A stretch of DNA of 64,000 nt from positions 93,596-157,595 of the forward strand of contig CBDDXD010000002.1 in NCBI GenBank assembly GCA_965235415.1, written 5' to 3'. This DNA comes from Candidatus Pelagibacterales bacterium (GTDB lineage Bacteria; Pseudomonadota; Alphaproteobacteria; Pelagibacterales; Pelagibacteraceae). Below are positions 1 to 9,792 of the stretch, piece by piece. Below the pieces are notes generated by a model. That model had not been told where the DNA came from. It made no database searches and saw only the letters and a list, made by a program, of their open reading frames with translations. Made by a program: the position numbers and the translations under genes. Every line of letters begins with the position of its first letter. The stretch's first letter is position 1.

Positions 1-613
1 TTTTAGTATTCTAGGCGATGAAATTAAAAATTTAGAAAAAGCAGGTGCAGATTTAATTCACGTTGATGTTATGGATGGCCACTTTGTTCAAAATATCACC
101 ATGGGTCCTCCCATTATTAAAATGGTCAGAAAATGCACAAAACTTCCATTTGATGTACATTTAATGATCTCTCCTGTTGAAAAATATATTAAAGCATTTG
201 CTGATGCAGGTTCAGATATTATTACCATTCACCCTGAGGCAACGGATAATTTAAAAAGAGCTGTTAGCACCATTAAATCCTTAGGAAAAAAAGCAGGCGT
301 TTCTTTAAATCCTAAGACACCCATTAGTGCTTTAATGGACGTTATTAATGAAATAGATCTTATTTTAATTATGAGTGTGAACCCTGGTTTTGCAGGTCAA
401 AGTTTTATGAGTGAAGTTTTACCTAAAGTTTCTGAACTTAGAAAAATGATTAATGATAAAAAACTTAAAATTGATATTGAAATTGATGGAGGAATTAACT
501 TTGAAACAGCTCCGCTTGCAGTGAAAGCAGGTGCTAATATCTTGGTGTCTGGAACTACTATTTTTTCTGGTTCTTTAAAAGATAATATCCAAAAATTAAG
601 AAATTGCGCTTAA
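1..613 (+). CDS. rpe: Ribulose-phosphate 3-epimerase (5' end outside window)
   Basis: Frame is open from base 2 (FSILGDEIKNLEKAGADLIHVDVMDGHF). Motifs HVDVMDGHF, DVHLM, MSVNPGFAGQ, IEIDGGI. Confidence 0.97.
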   Translation, partial: FSILGDEIKNLEKAGADLIHVDVMDGHFVQNITMGPPIIKMVRKCTKLPFDVHLMISPVEKYIKAFADAGSDIITIHPEATDNLKRAVSTIKSLGKKAGVSLNPKTPISALMDVINEIDLILIMSVNPGFAGQSFMSEVLPKVSELRKMINDKKLKIDIEIDGGINFETAPLAVKAGANILVSGTTIFSGSLKDNIQKLRNCA

Positions 614-2266
614 GTGTCCAATCTCAATACATTTAATCTTTATCTTTTATCTTTAAAAAAAAGCTTTCAGGATCGATTAAGAGAGAAAAAATTTAAAAGT
701 TCTAATTACAATGTTTCATTAGGAGGTATTCAACCTCACCGTATTTATGAATCTTCTAATATATTTTTAATTCAAGATCTTATTAATCATGATCCTATTA
801 TTCTTAACAGTGTTAGAAAATTTACAACTAATCTTTGGAAAATTACCAATTTAGAGGAAGATAAAACTAAAAAACTTCATAATTTTTGCTGGTTGCCAGC
901 GCTTAATATTAAAACTGAAAAAGAATTAGGCTGCTTAATCGTTGATCAATGGATCAATAATTTCTCAAATTATAATGAAAAATATTGGACCCTCGATGTT
1001 GTGACGATGCGTTTAATATATTGGATTTCAAGTTATGAGATTATTTTTAAAAATAGTGATCTTATTTTTAGAAGCAAAGTTATTAATAATATTGTCAAAC
1101 AAACAAAACATTTATTTAAAAATATCAGCTTAGTTCAAAATGGCGTTGATAAAATAAAAACCCTTGCAGCTTTAATTTTAGTTGGAAATTCCTTTGAACA
1201 ATATGAAGAATACACTCAATATGGACTTAAAAATTTAGAAGATGAACTTGGAAACTTTATAAATAAAGATGGATTTGTAAAAAGTAAAAATCCTGAAGAT
1301 TTATTTTGGACTTTATATTTTTTAGTTCTTATTAAGGAGTGGTTAACATTATCTAGAAAACAAACTCCTGCATTTATTAATATTTACATCAATTCCCTTG
1401 GGATTTGTTTTAAATTCTTAAGATTTTCAAATGGAGATCTTCCTCTATTTAACGGTGCCAATCATATTAATACTGAAAAATTTTATGAATTTTTAGAATC
1501 TCGAGGCTATGAGTTTGAAAATATGGAAAATATTTTCTGTGGTTATGCAAAAATTAAATCAAAAAAGATTGAATTATTTATGGATGCCAACAACCCCTCT
1601 TCCATATTGCATTCAAGAAATTATCAAGCAGGCCCATTATCGTTTGAACTTGCATCCAATGGAGTAAAATTTATCTGTAATTCTGGATCAGGTAAAAACC
1701 TTGGGGAAGAATTATCCTATTTAAGCTCATCAACCGCAGCTCATTCAACGGTTACAATTAACGATACCTCCTCTTGTATATTTCAAAAAAATGCTCTGAT
1801 TAGAAAATATTTTGGAAACTCTCTTATTGAAAAACATAATATTATTAAAAAAGAATTTAAAAATGATAAAGAATTTATTCAATGCATTGTTGCCCATGAT
1901 GGTTATGAAAAAAGATTTAAAATATTACATGAACGACAAATCACTCTTTTTAAAATTAAAAATCATATTGAGGGAATTGATAGTTTAAAATGTAAAAATC
2001 TAGAGAATAAAAATTTAACCTTTAGTGTAAGATTTCATATTCATCCTGATATTCGCATCACAAAAACCATGGGAAATGATATTTTGCTCAGTTCTAATAA
2101 AGGCGAGGGCTGGATATTTAGAAGTCCTCAAATACCAACTAAAATTGAGAAAAATCTTTATTTTGGCAATCCAGACAACATTAAAGAATCCTCATTTATT
2201 CTGCTCGAAGGTATCATAGATAACGAGAACACTAATATTATTTGGCATCTAGAAAAAGCCAAATAA
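614..2266 (+). CDS. Heparinase II/III family protein
   Basis: 550 aa with HAGPLSFE-like (YQAGPLSFEL), STAAHSTVTIND and AHDGY motifs and FSVRFHIHP. Lies between rpe and purH. Confidence 0.8.
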   Translation: MSNLNTFNLYLLSLKKSFQDRLREKKFKSSNYNVSLGGIQPHRIYESSNIFLIQDLINHDPIILNSVRKFTTNLWKITNLEEDKTKKLHNFCWLPALNIKTEKELGCLIVDQWINNFSNYNEKYWTLDVVTMRLIYWISSYEIIFKNSDLIFRSKVINNIVKQTKHLFKNISLVQNGVDKIKTLAALILVGNSFEQYEEYTQYGLKNLEDELGNFINKDGFVKSKNPEDLFWTLYFLVLIKEWLTLSRKQTPAFINIYINSLGICFKFLRFSNGDLPLFNGANHINTEKFYEFLESRGYEFENMENIFCGYAKIKSKKIELFMDANNPSSILHSRNYQAGPLSFELASNGVKFICNSGSGKNLGEELSYLSSSTAAHSTVTINDTSSCIFQKNALIRKYFGNSLIEKHNIIKKEFKNDKEFIQCIVAHDGYEKRFKILHERQITLFKIKNHIEGIDSLKCKNLENKNLTFSVRFHIHPDIRITKTMGNDILLSSNKGEGWIFRSPQIPTKIEKNLYFGNPDNIKESSFILLEGIIDNENTNIIWHLEKAK

Positions 2267-2290
2267 AAATCGTATACCCAATACTCCTTC

Positions 2291-3850
2291 ATGCAACTGA
2301 TTAAAATTAAAAAAGCCTTAATCTCTGTTTCCGATAAAACAAATCTAAAAGAAGTTCTCGAGTGTTTAAAGGCAAACAATGTTGAAATTATTAGCACCGG
2401 CGGTAGCTATAAATTTATAAAAGATCTTGGCTTTAAATGTACTGAAATTTCAGAATATACAAAATTTCCTGAAATATTAGATGGCAGACTTAAAACATTG
2501 CATCCAAAAATTCATGGGGGTTTACTTGCTAAAGCTGATGATAAAGACCACCAAGATCAAATTAAAAAAGAAGATATAGATTTTATAAATTTATTAATTG
2601 TTAATCTTTATCCATTTGAGAAGAAGCTTTTAGAAAAAGCAGACTTTGACACAATGATTGAAAATATCGACATAGGAGGTCCTGCCATGGTGAGATCATC
2701 TGCGAAAAATTTCAAATTTACAACTGTAATATCAAGCACCGATCAATACTCTGATTTAATAAATGAATTAAATAATAACAAAGGATCAACCTCTTTTGAG
2801 TTTAGAAAAAAACTTGCAACCGATGCCTTTCTTGAAACTGCTTATTATGACTCCGTAATATCCAACTGGATGAATGATTTAAGAGATAATAAATTTCCAA
2901 AAAAAATTACAATTGCAGGTCAGCTTAAAGATAAATTAAGGTATGGAGAAAACCCACATCAACAAGCTTCCGTTTATAAAATTAATTACAAAAATGATTT
3001 CTTATCAAAAATAAAACAAATCCAAGGCAAAGAACTAAGTTACAATAATTATTTAGATATGTATTCAGCGGTGTCCATAACTAAGGAATTGGGTGAAAAA
3101 GACAGTTCTTGCGTTATCGTTAAACACAATAATCCTTGTGGGTGTGCTATCGCAGAAAATGCCCTTAAATCCTACGAATTAGCCCTTTCTAGCGACCCTA
3201 TCAGTGCTTTTGGGGGTATCGTCAGCTTTAATGGAGAAATCGATGAAAAGCTTGCAAATGAGATCACAAAGACATTCTATGAGGTGATTATTGCAAGAGG
3301 CTTTAATAAAAAAAGCTTAGAAATTTTTGAAAAGAAAAAAAACTTAAGATTAATTTCTTTAGAAAATTTTAAAGAACAAGATAAATTTTCATACATATTT
3401 TTAGGTGATAATTTTTTAATTCAAGACAAAGATCAAATTGAAATTAATAAAAAAGAATTAAAATTTGTAACTAAAAACAAACCAACTGACAAAGAATTGG
3501 ACGATTTAATATTTGCATTCAAAGTTTGTAAATTTGTAAAATCCAATGCGATTGTTATAGCAAAAAATAATAAAACGCTTGGTATCGGCGCAGGACAAAC
3601 CAACAGATTAGCTTCTAGCAAAATTGCTTGTCAAAATGCTGCAGAATTTTTCAAAGATGAGATTAAAGGAAGTGTTGCAGCATCCGATGCCTTTTTTCCA
3701 TTTGCTGATGGATTAAATGAGCTAATTAAAATTGGAGTAAAATCTATTATCCAACCAGGTGGATCAATTAAAGATGAAGAAGTAATTGCTGCAGCGGAGA
3801 AGGCTGGAATATCAATGGTGTTTACTGGAATTAGAAACTTTAGACACTAA
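2291..3850 (+). CDS. purH: Bifunctional AICAR formyltransferase/IMP cyclohydrolase
   Basis: ALISVSDK, GRLKTLHP, IDIGGP, LRYGENPHQ, ASDAFFPF, QPGGS, TGIRNFRH. Confidence 0.99.
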   Translation: MQLIKIKKALISVSDKTNLKEVLECLKANNVEIISTGGSYKFIKDLGFKCTEISEYTKFPEILDGRLKTLHPKIHGGLLAKADDKDHQDQIKKEDIDFINLLIVNLYPFEKKLLEKADFDTMIENIDIGGPAMVRSSAKNFKFTTVISSTDQYSDLINELNNNKGSTSFEFRKKLATDAFLETAYYDSVISNWMNDLRDNKFPKKITIAGQLKDKLRYGENPHQQASVYKINYKNDFLSKIKQIQGKELSYNNYLDMYSAVSITKELGEKDSSCVIVKHNNPCGCAIAENALKSYELALSSDPISAFGGIVSFNGEIDEKLANEITKTFYEVIIARGFNKKSLEIFEKKKNLRLISLENFKEQDKFSYIFLGDNFLIQDKDQIEINKKELKFVTKNKPTDKELDDLIFAFKVCKFVKSNAIVIAKNNKTLGIGAGQTNRLASSKIACQNAAEFFKDEIKGSVAASDAFFPFADGLNELIKIGVKSIIQPGGSIKDEEVIAAAEKAGISMVFTGIRNFRH

Positions 3851-4178
3851 TCATATCTATCTTAGAAGCTAAGATAAAATCACTTAAAGAAAGTCCATTA
3901 ATTGCATGGGTGAATATATTAACTTCAGCATAACCCCAGCCAAACTTTAAATCTGGATGATGACCTTCCTCTTCAGCAATATTTGAGACCTTATTAATAA
4001 AACCTAGACTCTTTTCAAAATTAGAAAATTTAAAAACCCTTGATAAATAAAATGCTTTTTTTTCATTAATTTGAACTTTCCAATCAGTTAAATACTTTAA
4101 ATACTCATCAATCTGTTCTCTAGTAAATGGGGGAATATCCCCTCTACAAGGAACACATTTTTTTTTGTGAAGCTCCAT
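3840..4178 (-). CDS. phhB: Pterin-4-alpha-carbinolamine dehydratase
   Basis: EEEGHHPDL and THAINGLSLSDFILASKID motifs; 112 aa. Confidence 0.9.
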   Translation of the reverse strand: MELHKKKCVPCRGDIPPFTREQIDEYLKYLTDWKVQINEKKAFYLSRVFKFSNFEKSLGFINKVSNIAEEEGHHPDLKFGWGYAEVNIFTHAINGLSLSDFILASKIDMISV

Positions 4179-4184
4179 AATGAT

Positions 4185-4855
4185 CTAAATTATTTTTTCC
4201 AAATTCTTCTGAACTTATGAAGATTCATATAAGACTTATAGTTAGTAATAATCAATCTTTAAATTTAAGTTTTTTGGTATCTTGGTCTAATTTCAAAATA
4301 CTTTTATTGGGTCTTTTAAAAATAATTCCTATGCCTCTATCTGCAACACACGTATAAACATCTATATTTGGATTATTTCTAAAAAATGGAATAACTTTCC
4401 ATACATCACCAGAACCAAGCCCCGTTCATTCTAGGAATATTTTGTTCCCATATCTTTTCTGGCAAGCAATCATGCACCAGTATTACTCCATTATTATTTA
4501 ATATTTCTAAAGAGTTAATAATGTCTTGTTTAACCTGATTATAAACATGAAGACCGTCAATAAAAACTAAATCAAATTTTTCTTTATTCATCATAAAAAA
4601 ATTATCACTTGTTAATCTTAAAGTACCACCAGAATATGGATCTATACCAACTTTTTTTATATCTATTTTAGAAAACACATCATCTTTGTGACAACCAATT
4701 TCTAAATACGATTGATAATTATTTTTTTTAATAAAAAGTTTAATAATATCTAATCTGGTTGGTTTTGTTGGCCAAGCAAAATTAAGCCTTTTATAAAATT
4801 TTTCTCCATAAAAATAATATGCAAATCTTCTTAGGAGGTATAAAATTTTTTTCAT
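4185..4855 (-). CDS. Class I SAM-dependent methyltransferase (Methyltransf_24-like), frameshifted near 4410 and 4255
   Basis: YLEIG, FDLVFIDGLH, VILVHDCLP. Continues in a shifted frame as (S)GDVWKVIPFFRNNPNIDVYTCVADRGIGIIFKRPN. Confidence 0.75.
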
Positions 4856-4896
4856 TATATTCTAATGTAATTAAAAATTTAATATAGTGATTAATT

Positions 4897-4971
4897 TGGA
4901 GCGGGTGAAGGGAATTGAACCCACGACCTAATCGTTGGCAACGATTCGCTCTACCACTGAGCTACACCCGC
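4897..4971 (-). tRNA. tRNA-Gly (GCC)
   Basis: Minus strand reads GCGGGTG TAGCTCAGTGGTAGAGC G AATCG TTGCCAA CGATT AGGTC GTGGG TTCAATT CCCTT CACCCGC T CCA: cloverleaf with anticodon GCC and encoded CCA. Confidence 0.97.
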
Positions 4972-5062
4972 TTAATAATCCCGTGAAATTAAATGAAAAT
5001 AAATTTTAATCAATTGAAAAGTGAAATTGAATAAAGCAAATTAAACACTATATTAATTCATA

Positions 5063-5716
5063 ATGACAACTTTTGATAAAAAAGAAATCCCTGAAGAAAT
5101 ATCTGTTTTCCCACTTGCTAATGCGGTGTTTTTTCCAAATACAATTTTGCCTTTAAATATATTTGAACCTAGATATAAAAAAATGGTTGAAGATTCTTTG
5201 GCATCAAACAAAATGATTGGAATGATCCAAACAAAAGGAAGCAATAATTCAAATAAGCCTGAAGTGTTTAGTGTGGGTTGTCTTGGTAAAATAGAAAATC
5301 ATACAAAAACGGCAGATGGCAGATATTTAATAAATCTTAAAGGTTTAGTGCGATTTAGAATTCTAGATGAAGCTGAGACTGAACTTCCTTATAGAAAATT
5401 TAGAGTCACCTATGATGAGTTTTTAGATGATTTAGAAAAAATAAAATTTAACGATAAAATTGATGTACTACAACTTATCGATAAAGCACGAAAACTTTTT
5501 AAAATTCATCAATTATCAACGGATTGGAAAATTGTTGAAAAAGTTGAGCCAGACCAATTAATCAATTCATTATCAATGATATGTCCTTTTTCTGTGAGTG
5601 AAAAACAAGGATTGCTTGAAGCAAAAACTTTGCTGGATAGAAATTTATTAATCAATCAAATAATAAATTTTTATATTATTGGAAATAATCCTGGATCTGA
5701 AAGACAAATCCACTAA
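5063..5716 (+). CDS. LON peptidase substrate-binding (N-terminal) domain protein
   Basis: ISVFPL, FFPNTILPLNIFEPRYKKMVEDSL, VGCLGKI, DGRYLINLKGLVRFRI; no AAA+ or protease domain. Confidence 0.9.
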   Translation: MTTFDKKEIPEEISVFPLANAVFFPNTILPLNIFEPRYKKMVEDSLASNKMIGMIQTKGSNNSNKPEVFSVGCLGKIENHTKTADGRYLINLKGLVRFRILDEAETELPYRKFRVTYDEFLDDLEKIKFNDKIDVLQLIDKARKLFKIHQLSTDWKIVEKVEPDQLINSLSMICPFSVSEKQGLLEAKTLLDRNLLINQIINFYIIGNNPGSERQIH

Positions 5717-5723
5717 GAATTAA

Positions 5724-6995
5724 TTAGGCAGACTTATTCATAGAGTCAAAAAATTCTGCATTATTTTTTGTCTCTCTTAATTTACCAATTAAAAATTCTA
5801 TTGCTTCCATATTTCCCATTGGAGCAATCAGTCGTCTTAAAACGTTCATCTTCTGAAGATCTTCTTTCTTGAATAACAAGTCTTCTTTTCTAGTTCCAGA
5901 TTTTGTAATATCAATTGCTGGGAAAATTCTCTTATCTGCAATTTTTCTATCTAGAATAACCTCGGCATTACCTGTTCCTTTAAATTCTTCAAATATAACC
6001 TCGTCCATTCTTGAACCAGTTTCAATTAAAGCTGTAGAAATAATTGTTAAAGATCCACCCTCTTCAATATTTCTTGCAGCACCAAAAAATCTTTTTGGTC
6101 TTTGCAATGCATTTGCATCAACACCACCTGTTAATACTTTTCCTGAACTTGGAACAACAGCGTTATAAGCCCTTCCTAATCTTGTGATTGAGTCTAATAA
6201 AATTACCACATCTTTTTTATGCTCTGCTAATCTTTTTGCCTTCTCAATTACCATCTCAGCTACTTGTACGTGTCTCATGGCTGGTTCATCAAATGTTGAA
6301 CTTACAACTTCACCTTTTACAGATCTTTGCATGTCTGTAACTTCCTCTGGTCTTTCATCAATAAGCAAAACTATTAAATAAATCTCTGGGTGATTTGCTG
6401 TAATTGAATGTGCAATGTTTTGAAGTATTACTGTTTTACCAGCTCTTGGCGGTGACACAATTAAGGCTCTTTGACCTTTTCCAATTGGAGTTACAAGATC
6501 AATTAATCTTGCTGTTAAATCAGGTTTTTTATCTGCTTTACTAGATTCAACTTCTAAATTGATACGCTCGTCTGGATATAGTGGGGTTAAGTTATCAAAG
6601 TTAATTTTATTTCTAGATTTTTCAGGGTCTTCAAAATTTATTTTACTGACTTGTAAAAGCGCAAAATATCTCTCAGAATCTTTTGGAGCTCTAATTTCTC
6701 CTTCAACCGTATCTCCTTTTCGAAGGCCAAACCTTCTAATTTGGCTTGGGCTTACATAAATATCATCAGGGCCTGGTAAATAATTTGACTCTGTGGCTCT
6801 TAAAAAACCAAAACCATCTTGTAATGTTTCAAGAACACCACTTCCTGTTATTTTTTCATTTTTTTCGGCAAATTTTTTGAGTATGGCAAACAAGATTTCT
6901 TGTTTACGCATTGTGCTTGGATTTTCGATTCCTAACTTTTCAGCTTCTAAAATTAAATCTGCTGGTGTTTTATTTTTTAATTCTTGTAGGTTCAT
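5724..6995 (-). CDS. rho: Transcription termination factor Rho
   Basis: [49 protein letters not shown]. Confidence 0.99.
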   Translation of the reverse strand: MNLQELKNKTPADLILEAEKLGIENPSTMRKQEILFAILKKFAEKNEKITGSGVLETLQDGFGFLRATESNYLPGPDDIYVSPSQIRRFGLRKGDTVEGEIRAPKDSERYFALLQVSKINFEDPEKSRNKINFDNLTPLYPDERINLEVESSKADKKPDLTARLIDLVTPIGKGQRALIVSPPRAGKTVILQNIAHSITANHPEIYLIVLLIDERPEEVTDMQRSVKGEVVSSTFDEPAMRHVQVAEMVIEKAKRLAEHKKDVVILLDSITRLGRAYNAVVPSSGKVLTGGVDANALQRPKRFFGAARNIEEGGSLTIISTALIETGSRMDEVIFEEFKGTGNAEVILDRKIADKRIFPAIDITKSGTRKEDLLFKKEDLQKMNVLRRLIAPMGNMEAIEFLIGKLRETKNNAEFFDSMNKSA

Positions 6996-7061
6996 TTATG
7001 TTTGGGATTGTTTTTGGAAACTTTTAGATGTGAATGGAATATAACAATAATTAATTATATT

Positions 7062-7493
7062 TCAAGCAGGTTTAAAAATAACCAAAAAAACAATGATTAT
7101 CAGTATTATAGTTGGTATTTCATTAATAACTCTAAAAAATTTTGAACTTCTTTGATTTCTATCAAATTCAAAATCCTTCAAACATTTAGATAAAAAACCA
7201 TGATAACCAGAGAGAATAATTACAAATAAAAATTTGATAGATAGCCACAAAGAAAAAATATTATTAAATCCCAAAATCCACAAAACAGATAAACCGGTCA
7301 ACCAGGTAATTATCATTGCTGGATTCATAATTATTTTCATCAATCTTTTTTCCATTACTTTAAAAATTTTTGAAGTTTCGGCATTATTATTTTCAACATG
7401 ATAAACAAACAATCTTGGTAAATATAAAAGTCCCACCATCCATGAAATAACGGCTATAATGTGAATTGCTTTAAGCGTTAAATATAAATTCAT
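7062..7493 (-). CDS. hemJ: Protoporphyrinogen oxidase HemJ
   Basis: KAIHIIAVISWMVGLLYLPRLFVYH, MEKRL, RVINEIPT; downstream of hemH. Confidence 0.95.
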   Translation of the reverse strand: MNLYLTLKAIHIIAVISWMVGLLYLPRLFVYHVENNNAETSKIFKVMEKRLMKIIMNPAMIITWLTGLSVLWILGFNNIFSLWLSIKFLFVIILSGYHGFLSKCLKDFEFDRNQRSSKFFRVINEIPTIILIIIVFLVIFKPA

Positions 7494-8506
7494 TAATTAA
7501 TTAAATATTTTTTTACAATATATTCCATCATTTTAATGTGGTCTTCATTATCATTAAGGCATGGAACGATATCATAATTTTCTCCGCCATTTTCTATAAA
7601 GCTTTCTTTTCCTTGAATTGCTATTTCTTCTAAAGTCTCAACGCAATCTGATGAAAATCCAGGACATATCATGAGCACATTTTTTTTTCCCTTCCTAGGA
7701 AGCTCTTCTAAAGTTTTGTCCGTATAGGGCGTTAACCATTCATCAGGCCCAAACCTTGATTGAAAAGTTGTTTCAATAGGGATGTCTTTAAATTTTTCTT
7801 TCATCAGGCGTGTCGTTTTTTGACAATAACAATGATATGGATCTCCCTTTGTAAAATATTTCTTTGGTATGCCGTGATAAGAGGCCAAGATTAAATCCGG
7901 TCTCCATTTGATTTCTGAAACTTTCTTTTTTATACTTTTGATAAGTGCATCAATAAATAATGGTTCGCTTTCATAATGTGGAATTGTTTGTAAACTAGGC
8001 TGCCATCTCATTTTTATTAAATTTCTATAAACCTCATCACACACTGTTGCTGTGGTCGCTGCTGCATATTGTGGATATAAAGGAAAAATAATAATTTTTT
8101 CGCATCCCTTTTTTTGTAAAAAATCTAATTTATTTTTTATGCTTGGGTTTCCATACCTCATTGCAAAATCAACAATAACTTTATCGCTTTCGATTTTTTC
8201 TTTTAATTTTTGAGTCTGGCTCTTAGTATAATATCTAAGCGGAGACTCATTAATATCGTTCATCCAAATTTGCTTATAAGCATGGGCTGTTTTTGACGGC
8301 CTAAAAGTTAATATAAATAAGTTTAAAATTATTTGCCAAAGAACAGGATTAACCTCTATTACTCTTTTATCAGACAAGAATTCTTTTAAATATTTTCTAA
8401 TGTCCCACCAACTCGTTGAATCTGGTGTTCCAAGATTAACTAGCAAAACGCCGGTTTTTCCAAATTTTACTTGTGGGTGATTTATTTTATCTAAATCAAA
8501 ACTCAT
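7493..8506 (-). CDS. hemH: Ferrochelatase
   Basis: GVLLVNLGTP, AMRYGNP, PLYPQY, SYHGIP, FQSRFG, FSSDCVETLEEI. Confidence 0.98.
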   Translation of the reverse strand: MSFDLDKINHPQVKFGKTGVLLVNLGTPDSTSWWDIRKYLKEFLSDKRVIEVNPVLWQIILNLFILTFRPSKTAHAYKQIWMNDINESPLRYYTKSQTQKLKEKIESDKVIVDFAMRYGNPSIKNKLDFLQKKGCEKIIIFPLYPQYAAATTATVCDEVYRNLIKMRWQPSLQTIPHYESEPLFIDALIKSIKKKVSEIKWRPDLILASYHGIPKKYFTKGDPYHCYCQKTTRLMKEKFKDIPIETTFQSRFGPDEWLTPYTDKTLEELPRKGKKNVLMICPGFSSDCVETLEEIAIQGKESFIENGGENYDIVPCLNDNEDHIKMMEYIVKKYLIN

Positions 8507-9517
8507 AAATTATAACTCCTTACAAATTCAACAAGCCTCTTAACATTTTCTGGTTTTGTTTGTGGCAATATCCCATGTCCTAAATTAAATATGTAAGGTT
8601 TGTTCTTAAAAAAATCTAAGTATTTTTTTGCTTCCTTAAACATTTTTTTATTATTACCAAGTAAAAATTTTGGATTCATTCCGCCTTGAAAAACTACATC
8701 ATTATTTAAATTTAAACTCTTAAGACTAACATCATGATCAATACTAATACCGTGTGGTTTAACTTCTTTAATAAATTTATTGATATTTTTATTAATTCCT
8801 TTTGGAAAACAAATAACTGGGTTGTTTGGAAAATCTTTTTTAATTTTATTAACAATGTTTTTGTTTGGATTAATACAATATTCCTTTAAGTTTTTTTTTT
8901 CAATTAAACCAGCCCAACTATCAAATAATTGTATAATATCAGCGCCTGCCAATATTTGCTGTTTACAATGAATATAAATTAAGTGCTCTAGTCTTTTAAT
9001 TATTTTTATTACTTCTTTTTTTTTAAGGTTTTTTAAAAATCTTATATTTTTTTTTGGTGAACCTTTGTTAATCATATAAGTTAAAAGTGTCCATGGGGAT
9101 CCCGCAAACCCTATTAATGACTTTTCTTTTGGTAGTTTTTTTCTTGTTTTGTTTATTATTTTGTAAACATTTTTTAATTTTTTTAGAAAATTTTTATCAT
9201 TTATTTTATTAAATTTATTTAAATTATAATTTTTTAAAATTGGTCCTATTTTTTCTTTAAATTCTATTTTTTGCCCAACCGCATTTAAAATTAACAAAAT
9301 ATCTGAAAAAACTATAACTGCATCTAAATCAAATCTATTTATGGGTTGTAATGAAACTTTTGTTGCATCATCTAACATTTAAACAAAAATTAATAAAATT
9401 TTTATTTTTTTTCCTAATCTTTTTATATTCTGGAAGATATCTTCCTGCTTGTCTCATAAACCAAATAGGAAAATTCTTTTGTTTGTTTAATAGAGAATAG
9501 TGAAGTGAACCACTCAT
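8503..9517 (-). CDS. hemE: Uroporphyrinogen decarboxylase (frameshift near 9378)
   Basis: ATG at 9517 gives MSGSLH...[15 protein letters not shown]. After an extra base (GTTAGAT) the frame continues [20 protein letters not shown]...QLFDSW...FNLGHG. Confidence 0.95.
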
Positions 9518-9792
9518 TAATAAATATTAGTTAAAATAGTAGTATTATATGGTTATGTTAGTAATGTGTTTATATTTTTATTAACAGTTTATTAACAAAG
9601 TTTGTTGATTAATTTTTTAAAATAACTTTAAATTTATATTGTTTATTTAAAATAACCAACAATTCTAAAATAAAAAAAACAAACTTATTAATGTTATTAA
9701 TTAAATAATAATAATTTATTAACTGTTAACCTTTCCTTTTTTTAAAGTTAGAAATGTACAAAGAATAATTATAAAAACTTGTTAACAGAGTT
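9518..9792. other. Probable chromosomal replication origin (oriC)
   Basis: 275-bp very AT-rich intergenic between divergent hemE and ppsR (DUF299), the known Caulobacter-type origin position. Repeated TTATTAACA-like 9-mers; parS and parAB lie about 17-19 kb away. Confidence 0.7.

Noticed and set aside
83-91. Rpe motif DGHFVQN instead of the usual DGHFVPN
   Set aside because: A single-base difference at a non-metal-ligand position; it cannot be distinguished from error or neutral drift.
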